Of a stretch of DNA of 48,062 nucleotides, positions 26,827 to 34,363 are shown piece after piece. A program made the position numbers and the translations under genes. Position 1 is the first letter of the stretch. Each line of letters opens with the position of its first letter. This stretch comes from Candidatus Dojkabacteria bacterium (lineage in GTDB: Archaea; Nanobdellota; Nanobdellia; Pacearchaeales; GW2011-AR1), in contig JAFCCB010000004.1 of assembly GCA_017610445.1 (NCBI GenBank), forward strand, positions 1-48,062, written 5' to 3'. Below the pieces are notes generated by a model, which ran no database searches, had not been told where the DNA came from, and saw only the letters and a list, made by a program, of their open reading frames with translations.

Positions 26827-26944
26827 GCGAGTCTCTTTTCCCAGCCCAAAATCTTCTTTCTTAAAAAGAAAGAAGCAAAGAAGGGCACGCACCTCAAATT
26901 TAATGGGATGGCTAAAAGCCCACCTGAACTAAGAGAGATTTTAG
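26827..26944 (+). ncRNA. candidate structured RNA / right arm of the long inverted repeat (paralog of 23839-24029)
   Basis: Starts gcgagtctcttttc and ends gagagattttag, the exact reverse complements of the left-arm cores. The ends pair (11 bp with G-U). 8-bp hairpin cttctttc-ttaaaaa-gaaagaag. Shares the ggcacgcacctc and gggatggct blocks. Confidence 0.4.
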
Positions 26945-27014
26945 AAATATAAAGACGGAGAATTAGAAACTCAAGCCACATTGCATTCTCGCCTACGGCT
27001 CGGGTCGTTGAATA

Positions 27015-27110
27015 GGGGATAAAGAGTTCGGCTCCTGCAGAGCCTCTCCCAAATTTTTTTCTCAGCCAGTTCGCTATCGCTCACGGGAGAAATTAACTTT
27101 CCTTATCCCC
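27015..27110. other. GC-rich three-helix structured element (strand and function unknown)
   Basis: Closing helix ggggataa/ttatcccc (27015-27022 with 27103-27110), hairpin ggctc-ctgca-gagcc (27030-27044), helix tctccc/gggaga (27045-27050 with 27085-27090). Confidence 0.3.
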
Positions 27111-27124
27111 AATGTTAAACAAAA

Positions 27125-27482
27125 TTGAAAAAGAAAAGAGCCGAGAGAGAGATACTTCGCAGTAGGAAGATTTACCTTAGGGTGCATTACACTTACAGTA
27201 GGTATTTTTTGTATTGGGGCAATTATTTTCCGAATGCTGATGTAATCAGCTTAAATCCCTTTGGCAATAGAATTATACAAAAAAGGATAGCACTTATTCC
27301 AGTAATCCAAAATAGGATGCTTCCTTTTTCTGCCAAAGAGAATACAGAAAATAAACCAATAACAATACCTAGAAACTGCAAAGTTTCATTAGTTAAATCT
27401 TTCATATTTCTTTTACCTCTCAGTAAAAGAAAGGGCTGATTAGCTTAATAGCTTTTCGGCTCTTTTTTCTACACTTTTTCAA
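27125..27482. repeat. inverted repeat pair bracketing a micro-ORF
   Basis: The left arm ttgaaaaagaaaagagccga (27125-27144) is the reverse complement of 27456-27466 plus 27474-27482, which carry a 7-nt insertion between them. The core gaaaagagcc resembles the cassette core gaaaagagac at 24016. Confidence 0.6.
27223..27405 (-). CDS. small membrane protein (two TM helices), hypothetical
   Basis: 60-aa ORF, FLGIVIGLFSVFSLA and ILFWITGISAILFCIILL. More plausible than the overlapping plus-strand 104-aa ORF. Confidence 0.3.
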   Translation of the reverse strand: MKDLTNETLQFLGIVIGLFSVFSLAEKGSILFWITGISAILFCIILLPKGFKLITSAFGK

Positions 27483-27584
27483 CTATCGTTTAACAGCAGA
27501 TAAAAAGTAAAATTCTTGCAGAATTTTTCCAAATTCGCCTTTGGCGAACTTTTTTTAATCTTAATGTTAAATCTAAATTCATAT

Positions 27585-27987
27585 CTAAATTAAAGAAATA
27601 GCCTCATCAGGCCTAATTATTTTTATCCTTTGATATTCTTTCAAGTTCAATAAATGCTTATCTTGACTAATAATTAAATCTGCATTTCCTGTTATTCCAG
27701 CTTCAAGAAATTTATTATCATCTAAATCATCTTTTATCACATTAATTTTTATAGTTGGTTCTACCATAATTAAATTTTCAATAATAATGTTTTTCCATTC
27801 ATATATCATTTCTTTTGGCATTTGAATTTTAAAATTTAATAGTGTTTTAATTAATTCATCAATAATTTCCATAGAACTAACTAAATCAATTTTTCTTTCT
27901 CTCCATTTTTCTATTATCTTAGAACAGAAATTACCTTTCCAGAAGATTCCTGATACAAATACATTTGTAATCTAAAACTAATCTCAT
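27585..27987 (-). pseudogene. PIN-domain toxin, interrupted by a 1-nt insertion after codon 6
   Basis: ATG at 27987 reads MRLVLD. Skipping one T at about 27969-27970 continues as TNVFVSGIFWKGNFCSKIIEKW...ISQDKHLLNL, a PIN fold with the D-T-N-V acidic motif at the break point. Confidence 0.6.
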
Positions 27988-28091
27988 TTTCAGAAGATTC
28001 TCAATTTTTCGTAAATTCTAAAATTTGTTTTATAACAAATTTTTTGATTTTTTCCTTGTATTTTTAATTGCTTCTTCAATATCAGATTGTT

Positions 28092-28304
28092 TTAATTCTT
28101 TCTTTTTTGCAAATTCTCTTGTTTTTTAAGTAGTTTATTAATTCCACTAAAAGAAGGCATTTCCAATTTTTTTAATACTATTGTATTATTCTCCCCAATA
28201 ACTACAAACTTTTCTCCTGCATTAATTTTAAGTCTTTCTCTTAAATTTTGCGGAATAACAACCTGCCCTCTTGAACTAATACTTGTTATTTCAATATTTT
28301 CCAT
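28092..28304 (-). CDS. AbrB/SpoVT-family antitoxin (the C-terminal tail probably frameshifted)
   Basis: SSRGQVVIPQNLRERLKINAGEKFVV is a SpoVT-AbrB swapped-hairpin domain. One more A in the A6 run (28122-28127) would continue as TREFAKKKELKQSDIEEAIKNTRKKSKNLL down to 28030. Confidence 0.65.
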   Translation of the reverse strand: MENIEITSISSRGQVVIPQNLRERLKINAGEKFVVIGENNTIVLKKLEMPSFSGINKLLKKQENLQKRKN

Positions 28305-28417
28305 TTTACTTCTTAATAAATTTATATTATTAATAAGATTATCTTATTTAAATACTTTTCGGTTATCAAAAATAACACTATCCTCTCATCTCCAAATCTT
28401 AGAAAAACAAACACAAA

Positions 28418-28594
28418 TTATTTTAATCTCTTCTCTAATTTTCCAAAATAACTATTCAAAGATTTATTCATCTTTTCAAAAACATAAGAAGAACAAATCC
28501 CTTTAAGCAAATAATCTTTTAATTTTAAATTTAAACTATTACAATTATCAATACTCTTAATTAATTTCAAAGCTTTATTAGTAGGGTAATCCAT
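28418..28594 (-). CDS. hypothetical 58-aa ORF
   Basis: Not in the track (below 60 aa): MDYPTNKALKLIKSIDNC...GKLEKRLK. It is the only open frame in a 500-nt gap. Confidence 0.2.
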   Translation of the reverse strand: MDYPTNKALKLIKSIDNCNSLNLKLKDYLLKGICSSYVFEKMNKSLNSYFGKLEKRLK

Positions 28595-28820
28595 AACTCA
28601 AAAATAAACATTTTAATTCAAAACTTTTTCCATAACACAAAACCACATAAATCTTTAAAAAACAATTTGCATAAATATCAATACCCTAAAAATCAAATAG
28701 GTTTTTGGGGCTCAGAAAACTATAAAAGTTTTCTTGGGTCTTTTAAAAATACCAGCGAACTCTACTAAGAACACGCCCCAATTTTAAGAAGATATCAAAA
28801 ATAAAATATCAAACAAAAAA

Positions 28821-29459
28821 ATGCCAGAACAATTTAAAAGAGAAACAGCATACAAACTAAGAATTGGTGAAATTCTTCAAGCAAAACAAATTTTTGAACA
28901 ATCTGAAAATAAAAATCCACGGTTGCAATTTGTAGAACTTGGGGACAGAAAAATTTCAAGAGTAAATATCATTGCAAATATTATTGACAAATTTGAATCA
29001 GAGGGAGAAAGAAAATTTGCTTCTATCACATTAGACGACGGCTCAGGGCAAATCAGAGCAAGATTATTTGGAGAAGAAATCAAAAAATTTAGTGATTTAA
29101 CCCAAGGGGACACACTAATAATAATTGGACTTCTCCGTTCATTTAATCAGGAGCTTTATGTCATCCCTGAAATAATCAAAAAAACCATCCCAAAATATCT
29201 TTTAATAAGAAAACTTGAAATAGAAAAATCTTTCACAAAACCTCAAACTCCTGAACAAAAACAAAAAGTTAAAGCACTAAAAGATGAAATTATAGAACTA
29301 ATCAAAAACTCAGAACAGTATGAGGGCATAGACAAAGAAGAAATCATCATGAAACTTAAAAATTCCAAGCCAGAAATAATTAGCCAGGAAATTCAAAAAC
29401 TTCTTGAAGAAGGCATAATCTACGAACCAAGACCTGGGAGAGTTAGGTATTTAGGCTAA
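28821..29459 (+). CDS. OB-fold ssDNA-binding protein, RPA2-like, with a C-terminal winged helix
   Basis: The OB segment RVNIIANIIDKFESEGERKFASITLDDGSGQIRARLFGEE...GDTLIIIG and the C-terminal wH (IISQEIQKLLEEGIIYEPRPGRVRYL) fit RPA32/Stn1-like architecture. Confidence 0.55.
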   Translation: MPEQFKRETAYKLRIGEILQAKQIFEQSENKNPRLQFVELGDRKISRVNIIANIIDKFESEGERKFASITLDDGSGQIRARLFGEEIKKFSDLTQGDTLIIIGLLRSFNQELYVIPEIIKKTIPKYLLIRKLEIEKSFTKPQTPEQKQKVKALKDEIIELIKNSEQYEGIDKEEIIMKLKNSKPEIISQEIQKLLEEGIIYEPRPGRVRYLG

Positions 29460-29469
29460 TTCTAAAATC

Positions 29470-29491
29470 TTCAAAATTTTCTAATTTTGAA
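29470..29491 (+). terminator. hairpin just 3' of the RPA-like gene
   Basis: ttcaaaat-tttcta-attttgaa, an 8-bp stem 11 nt after the stop. A homologous hairpin lies at 30884-30904. Confidence 0.35.
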
Positions 29492-29701
29492 TAAGTTAAA
29501 AAGCCTTAAATTTTTAAACCCACTAATTCTATAATTCTTATAATAAATATCAATATCTTATAAAAAATAAAGATACTCATCAACTCATCTTAAAAATTTA
29601 CAAGATATAAGTTTAAGATATTAGAACTTAAGTTTAAAATAGAATATACTCAAACCTGATAAATCAACTCACTACAAAACCCAATATTTACAAAATATAA
29701 A

Positions 29702-30139
29702 ATGATATGGGGTAGTGAATATAAAAACAAAATGGAAACCTACAGCAAACTTTTAGATTTAGCATATAAAGAAATAAAACCTATAAAAGCTAGCGAGAGA
29801 TTTGAACCTCAAAAAGTCCAAGGACATATAGAAGGAACAAAAACAATCCTCACAAATCTACAGCAAATCGCCTCATATCTCAGAAGAGACATCAACCATT
29901 TATTAAAATATCTTTTAAGAGAACTTGCAACATCTGGCAAAATCAAAGGAAATCAGGTAATTTTACAAAGAAAAATCCCTTCTGCAAAAATCAATGAAAA
30001 AATAGAACAATACATAAAAGAATTTGTTTTATGCAGAGAATGCAAAAAACCTGACACAGAAATAATCAAAGAAAAAGGATTTACATTTGTCCATTGTCTT
30101 GCTTGCGGAGCCAAACATAGTGTAAGGGCAAAAATTTAA
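29702..30139 (+). CDS. eif2b: translation initiation factor aIF2 subunit beta
   Basis: YSKLLDLAY..., KTILTNLQQIASYLRRDINHLLKYLLRELAT, and the C-terminal zinc ribbon CRECKKPDT...CLACG. The true start may be the internal METYSK. Confidence 0.85.
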   Translation: MIWGSEYKNKMETYSKLLDLAYKEIKPIKASERFEPQKVQGHIEGTKTILTNLQQIASYLRRDINHLLKYLLRELATSGKIKGNQVILQRKIPSAKINEKIEQYIKEFVLCRECKKPDTEIIKEKGFTFVHCLACGAKHSVRAKI

Positions 30140-30183
30140 TTTTAATACAATAATATTTATATATATAAGAAAGATTTAATAAT

Positions 30184-30525
30184 ATGACAACCTCTTATTT
30201 TCAAGGTAGAAATGCCTTAGTTAATATCTTTAGTATGTATCTAGGATTATGGGAAGGAATTCGTTTAAGAAAACAAAAAGCTTATGAAACTTCTTCACAA
30301 AAAATAGATTTTATTGATAACAATATTAAAAAAATAAAAAGAGGCTATGGATTAGCAAGCATAGAAGAATATTTTAATATAAACCCTAATAAATGGATAA
30401 ATGGATTAAATAAAGTTATTAAAGAATTAAAAGGAGAAACTCCAAATCTAGAAAAACAAGTTCAATATATAGAAGAAACAATACCCCCAATACAAACTAT
30501 TCTCCCTAAAGTACCACATTACTAA
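30184..30525 (+). CDS. hypothetical protein
   Basis: 113-aa ORF with no motifs recognised. Confidence 0.35.
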   Translation: MTTSYFQGRNALVNIFSMYLGLWEGIRLRKQKAYETSSQKIDFIDNNIKKIKRGYGLASIEEYFNINPNKWINGLNKVIKELKGETPNLEKQVQYIEETIPPIQTILPKVPHY

Positions 30526-30663
30526 TAAGAATATAATTCTACACCTAAAAAAGGAAAGATGATAGAAGAAAACCTTGGTTTTCTTGTAGTTTCACACAAT
30601 AAATACCTTTAAAAGTATGAAAAACATATAAAAATATCTAAATATTAATAAAACTAATAACAA

Positions 30664-30668
30664 GGAGG
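30664..30668 (+). promoter_or_regulatory. Shine-Dalgarno-like ggagg
   Basis: aaggaggt with a 5-nt spacer before the ATG at 30674. It is one of the few strong SD matches in the window. Confidence 0.5.
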
Positions 30669-30673
30669 TAAAA

Positions 30674-30856
30674 ATGGCAAAACCAAAACTAAGTTTTTAT
30701 GATGTGAAAACAAAGAAAAAATTTGAAGCAGATGAATATAGGGTTGTAGAAAAAAAAGGACGATTTTTCGCAGTAGCTAAGTCAAAATCAGGCCCACACG
30801 AATGTTGGAGAGTTTTATCTAAGGATCAAGCAGCAGAAATAAAAAAAGCTGCATAA
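30674..30856 (+). CDS. small lysine-rich protein, possibly nucleic-acid binding
   Basis: 60 aa, MAKPKLSFYDVKTKKKFEADEYRVVEKKGRFFAVAKSKSGPHECWRVL. Strong SD. Basic beta-rich pattern. Family not recognised. Confidence 0.5.
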   Translation: MAKPKLSFYDVKTKKKFEADEYRVVEKKGRFFAVAKSKSGPHECWRVLSKDQAAEIKKAA

Positions 30857-30883
30857 ATTTTTAATTTTTAAGGCGCCAAAATC

Positions 30884-30904
30884 TTCAAAAATTTTAGTTT
30901 TGAA
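30884..30904 (+). terminator. hairpin 3' of the small basic protein gene
   Basis: ttcaaaa-attttag-ttttgaa, embedded in a 30-nt block homologous to 29464-29494. Confidence 0.35.
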
Positions 30905-31034
30905 TAAAAAAGTAAACAAGTTTCTATAATCTTTGATTCTCAAGAAAATCTTTGGTTTAAGTGTTGTTTATTGAATTCTTTTAGATTCTATTACTAATAA
31001 CAAAATATAAAAAACCAAGGATATTAACTAATAA

Positions 31035-31331
31035 ATGCAGCTTAAAATACATAACTCATACAGAAAAATTATAGCTTTATCAGACACAGACTTAATAGGA
31101 AAAACTTTTGAACAAGGAATAAAACAAATAGAAATTACACCAAACTTTTTCAAAGGACAAGAAAAAAACAAAGAACAAATAATTCCCATTCTAAAAGCCC
31201 TGCAAAAAGAAGATGCAACATTTAACATTGTAGGCAAAGAATCAGTTCAAACAGCCCTAGAAGCAGGGATTATCAAACAAAAAGGAATAATCAAAATTCA
31301 GAATGTTCCTGTTGCTCTGATTTTGTTATAA
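31035..31331 (+). CDS. DUF424-family archaeal protein
   Basis: KIH...IIALSDTDLIGKTFEQG...FNIVGKESVQTALEAGII...IQNVPVA follows the conserved DUF424 pattern as I recall it. Confidence 0.55.
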   Translation: MQLKIHNSYRKIIALSDTDLIGKTFEQGIKQIEITPNFFKGQEKNKEQIIPILKALQKEDATFNIVGKESVQTALEAGIIKQKGIIKIQNVPVALILL

Positions 31332-31677
31332 ATATAATTTTATATTACTAATTTATAAAAATATAACACTTTAAGAATGAAGTGCTTAAACTATCTATAA
31401 GAAAGCTTAAAATATGACACCCTCTCCGCAATAAAGTGTGGTTTTCCTTAATATCCCATTATAATTTTAAGTTATAAATAACAGATTTTAAAATTCTCAT
31501 TTGTAAAGCTAAAAGTTTTATAGATTATTAATATCACATTTTAAAGAAAAAGGATTTATTTTGCAATTAACACATTATCAAAATAAAAACAAAAGGAATT
31601 TTTACACAGAGAGATTTATAAATAACTAATAATCACTAATTAAAATGTGTTCACCTTTCAGAGTGAATCCTTAGTGA

Positions 31678-32034
31678 GTTAAAATATTAAAAATAAACCA
31701 AAGAGGTTTAGAGAACAAAGTAGAAAGATTAACTAGAGATGAAGGTCTTCTAGTTCAAGCGCGCCCTTATGAACCAAGTAATCAGATTAGTTTAATAGTT
31801 TCTGAACCCAAGACTTCTATTATAAGTTTAGCAAAAGTTAGATACTCAAATGATTTTAATAAAATAATTATAGAAGAATGTGAAAAGGCAGATTTTGGAG
31901 ATTATTCACAAGTGGATTAGTCTAAAGTTGCTCCAAAATATATCCCCTGTATAAGAAATATTGCCTTGGCTTTAAATTCAGATAAAAAGATTGTTCAAGA
32001 AGTTATTTATGTAGATAAAACCAAAGAACAATAA
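31678..32034 (+). pseudogene. start-less open frame interrupted by one TAG (gene remnant?)
   Basis: 80 stop-free codons with no ATG/GTG/TTG until the last codons, then TAG at 31918, then 37 more in-frame codons to TAA at 32032. The composition is protein-like for an AT-rich genome. Confidence 0.3.
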
Positions 32035-32083
32035 ATTTTTCTCATCCCAACATTTTTAAACCAAACCCTATAATTATTTATTA

Positions 32084-32440
32084 ATGGTATTTAAAAAATT
32101 CAAAGACAAGAAAAAGAAAAATAAATCAAAGAATTTTACAGAACAACCGATAATTACAAGAGTTAAAATGCCAAGAAACCAGGAAGTTTTTGGAATAATC
32201 GAACAAAGAGTTGGTGCAAACAGGATGATTGTCAAATGCCTTGACGGAAAGCAAAGAAACTGCAGAATTCCTGGAGCCCTAAGAAGAAGATTATGGATAC
32301 GCCCAGGGGATACAGTCATAGTAAAACCATGGGAATTTGACTCAGATAAAAGAGGAGATGTTCTATTCAAATATCGCCCAGCACAAATTGAATGGCTAAA
32401 AAGAAAAGGATTTTTAAAAGATGTTGAAGGAGAGTTTTAA
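32084..32440 (+). CDS. eif1a: translation initiation factor aIF1A
   Basis: The S1-like OB core GIIEQRVGANRMIVKCLDGKQRNCRIPGALRRRLWIRPGDTVIVKPWEF is diagnostic. Confidence 0.9.
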   Translation: MVFKKFKDKKKKNKSKNFTEQPIITRVKMPRNQEVFGIIEQRVGANRMIVKCLDGKQRNCRIPGALRRRLWIRPGDTVIVKPWEFDSDKRGDVLFKYRPAQIEWLKRKGFLKDVEGEF

Positions 32441-32564
32441 ATTTTATTTAATATTCCTAATCTATAAAATATTGCACTCTGAAAATCAAATTTTAAAAGA
32501 AAAAACAAGCAAACCCCTCTCCTAACTTATTATTTGCAAAATTATAAATAAAAATAATATTAAA

Positions 32565-33062
32565 ATGCAACAAACATACACAGAATATCCTGAAAAAATT
32601 CTCCAAAACAAAAAAAAGCTTGAATTAGAACTCCAAGTTAAAATAACAAACAAAGAAAAAAACATTTTCATCAACGGAGATGCAGAAAAAGAATACACAG
32701 CACTGCAGGTTATTGAAGCAATTAATATTGGTTTTTCAGTAGAAAGAGCATTATTCTTAAAAAATGAAAACATAATCCTGCAGACAATCAACATTAAAAA
32801 CATAACTAAAAAAAAGGACTTGGAAAAAATAAGAGCAAGAATTATAGGCAAACACGGAAAAACACTCAAAACAATAAAAAATCTGACTAACTGCGTAATA
32901 TCATTAAAAAACAATCAGGTAGGGATTATTGGAAACACAGAAGAAATAGAAAACACAATCCAAGCCCTAAAATCAATAATTCAGGGAAGCAAGCAAGGAA
33001 ATGTTTATTCAAGAATTGAAAGAGAGAAAAAAAGAAAAAGATTAAGAGAGAATTTAGGATAA
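32565..33062 (+). CDS. KH-domain RNA-binding protein (Pno1/Dim2-like)
   Basis: Two KH-like modules, the second with IIGKHGKTLKTIKNLT (GxxG loop). Confidence 0.7.
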   Translation: MQQTYTEYPEKILQNKKKLELELQVKITNKEKNIFINGDAEKEYTALQVIEAINIGFSVERALFLKNENIILQTINIKNITKKKDLEKIRARIIGKHGKTLKTIKNLTNCVISLKNNQVGIIGNTEEIENTIQALKSIIQGSKQGNVYSRIEREKKRKRLRENLG

Positions 33063-33236
33063 TTAATTTAGTAATTCTAAAATCAATTTAAGTTACTCAA
33101 AGTAGAGCTTAAATTAATAATTCATAAAAACATCACGCAAGCAACAACTGATGAACAAGCGTTTATGAGCAGAGAGATTATTAGAAAAAACCTTAAATAA
33201 ATAACTTTAAATATACTTCTCCATTTTCATTTTTAT

Positions 33237-33310
33237 GTCTGGGTAGCTCAATCTGGTAGAGCATTCGACTGTTAATCGAAGGGTTGGAGGTTCGAGTCCT
33301 CCCTCAGACG
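33237..33310 (+). tRNA. tRNA-Asn (anticodon GTT)
   Basis: Acceptor GTCTGGG/CTCAGAC, D arm GCTC-AATCTGGTA-GAGC, anticodon stem TTCGA/TCGAA with loop CTGTTAA, T arm GGAGG-TTCGAGT-CCTCC, discriminator G. Confidence 0.9.
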
Positions 33311-33357
33311 TTTCCTTTCAACCAAATATTTTTATACCCTTTAGCCTTATCTAAAAC

Positions 33358-33918
33358 ATGGATTTTAACAAAGTAATAAAAACAAGAGCATCAATAAAAA
33401 ATTACTCTAACAAACAAGTAAAAGATGATAAAATAATTGATGCAATAGAATCAGCAAATTTTGCTCCTTCTCCAGGAAATTTGTCTATTTTAAAATATAT
33501 TATAATAGATAATGAAGAGATAAAAGAAAAAATAGCAAAAGCCTGTCAGCAAGAATTTATTAAAACTGCATCAGTGATAATTGTAGTCTGCTCTGACTCT
33601 AAAAATGTTGAAAGAATGTATGATAAAAGAACAGAAAAATACACAAGACAACATGCAGGAGCATCAATAGAAAACTTTTTGTTAAAAATAACAGATATGA
33701 AATTAGCTTCTTGCTGGATAGGAGCTTTTTCAGACGCAACAATTAAAAATGCACTTAAAATCCCAGACAGCATAAATGTTGAAGCAGTTCTCCCGATTGC
33801 TTATCCATTAAAAAAAGAAACAAAACAAAAATCCAAGCCAAATTTAGGAAACATAGTTTATTTTAATAAATGGGAAAATAAATATAAAAAGCCTATTAAA
33901 AAGATTGGGAGTCATTAA
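33358..33918 (+). CDS. nitroreductase-family flavoprotein
   Basis: TRASIKNYS...APSPGNLS...and C-terminal blocks typical of the NADH oxidase/nitroreductase fold. Confidence 0.7.
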   Translation: MDFNKVIKTRASIKNYSNKQVKDDKIIDAIESANFAPSPGNLSILKYIIIDNEEIKEKIAKACQQEFIKTASVIIVVCSDSKNVERMYDKRTEKYTRQHAGASIENFLLKITDMKLASCWIGAFSDATIKNALKIPDSINVEAVLPIAYPLKKETKQKSKPNLGNIVYFNKWENKYKKPIKKIGSH

Positions 33919-34103
33919 GGTAAAGGAGTATTCAAAACGTTTTTTCTGTAATTTTCAAATTGCTTCTTAGACCAATATACTGCTCCTAATTTAATAGGAC
34001 TAGAAATTATCATTATCGGCCCATCATATTTAATATGGGAAGTATCAAGTACTTTCCGATCAATTTCTTTATCTAAACTCATAGAAAAATAACAATAAAA
34101 CAA
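33915..34103 (-). CDS. hypothetical small protein
   Basis: 62-aa ORF; probable start at the internal MSLDKEI. No motif. Confidence 0.25.
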   Translation of the reverse strand: MFYCYFSMSLDKEIDRKVLDTSHIKYDGPIMIISSPIKLGAVYWSKKQFENYRKNVLNTPLP

Positions 34104-34331
34104 TATTTAAACATTATTATAATAAAACACATTAACTCGCTCACTTCATTCGCTCGCTTATCTTATAATCTACAAAAAAATACAACAGTCATACTTATAT
34201 CTTACAAAAATATCACACTCTAAAAATAAGTAGCTTAAGCTCCAAAGAAGATGTTCAAAGTCAAATCAACTCCCTTGCATAACTTAATAATTTGCAAGAT
34301 TATAAATAAAAGATAATAAAAAAAATAAAAA

Positions 34332-34353
34332 GCCTGCCTAAAAAAGGGCAGGC
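34332..34353 (-). terminator. GC-rich hairpin plus U-tract downstream of ftsZ
   Basis: The minus strand reads gcctgcc-cttttta-ggcaggc followed by tttttatttttttt, beginning about 10 nt after the ftsZ stop. Confidence 0.55.
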
Positions 34354-34363
34354 AAAAATAAAA

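Noticed and set aside
23839-26944. Integron-like gene cassettes with attC sites, given imperfect self-pairing elements at the 3' ends of genes.
   Set aside because: The two elements are in opposite orientation, no tyrosine recombinase or attI is in the window, and the conserved ends do not resemble the attC R box (GTTRRRY).
27179-27188. agggtgcatt, identical to the 3' end of tRNA-Gly plus 2 nt (13529-13538), as an att-site scar marking the island as an integrated element.
   Set aside because: Only 10 nt match, the island is 10 kb from the tRNA gene, and there is no integrase. It is too weak to claim, though worth re-checking with the whole genome.
26796-27439. Track ORFs 26796-26981 (minus, 61 aa) and 27125-27439 (plus, 104 aa).
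   Set aside because: The first coincides with the right repeat arm. The second runs through the inverted-repeat arm and is antisense to the more protein-like two-TM micro-ORF. Neither has a protein-like composition.
31918-31920. In-frame TAG as evidence for stop-codon reassignment or pyrrolysine.
   Set aside because: TAG terminates aspS at its conserved C-terminal end (RDRDRLTP). TAA and TGA likewise end well-conserved genes. The interrupted frame also lacks a start codon. A pseudogene is the simpler explanation.
33141-33180. A C/D-box sRNA suggested by ctgatga at 33148-33154 upstream of tRNA-Asn.
   Set aside because: No CUGA D box lies at the expected 45-60 nt distance, and there is no terminal pairing.
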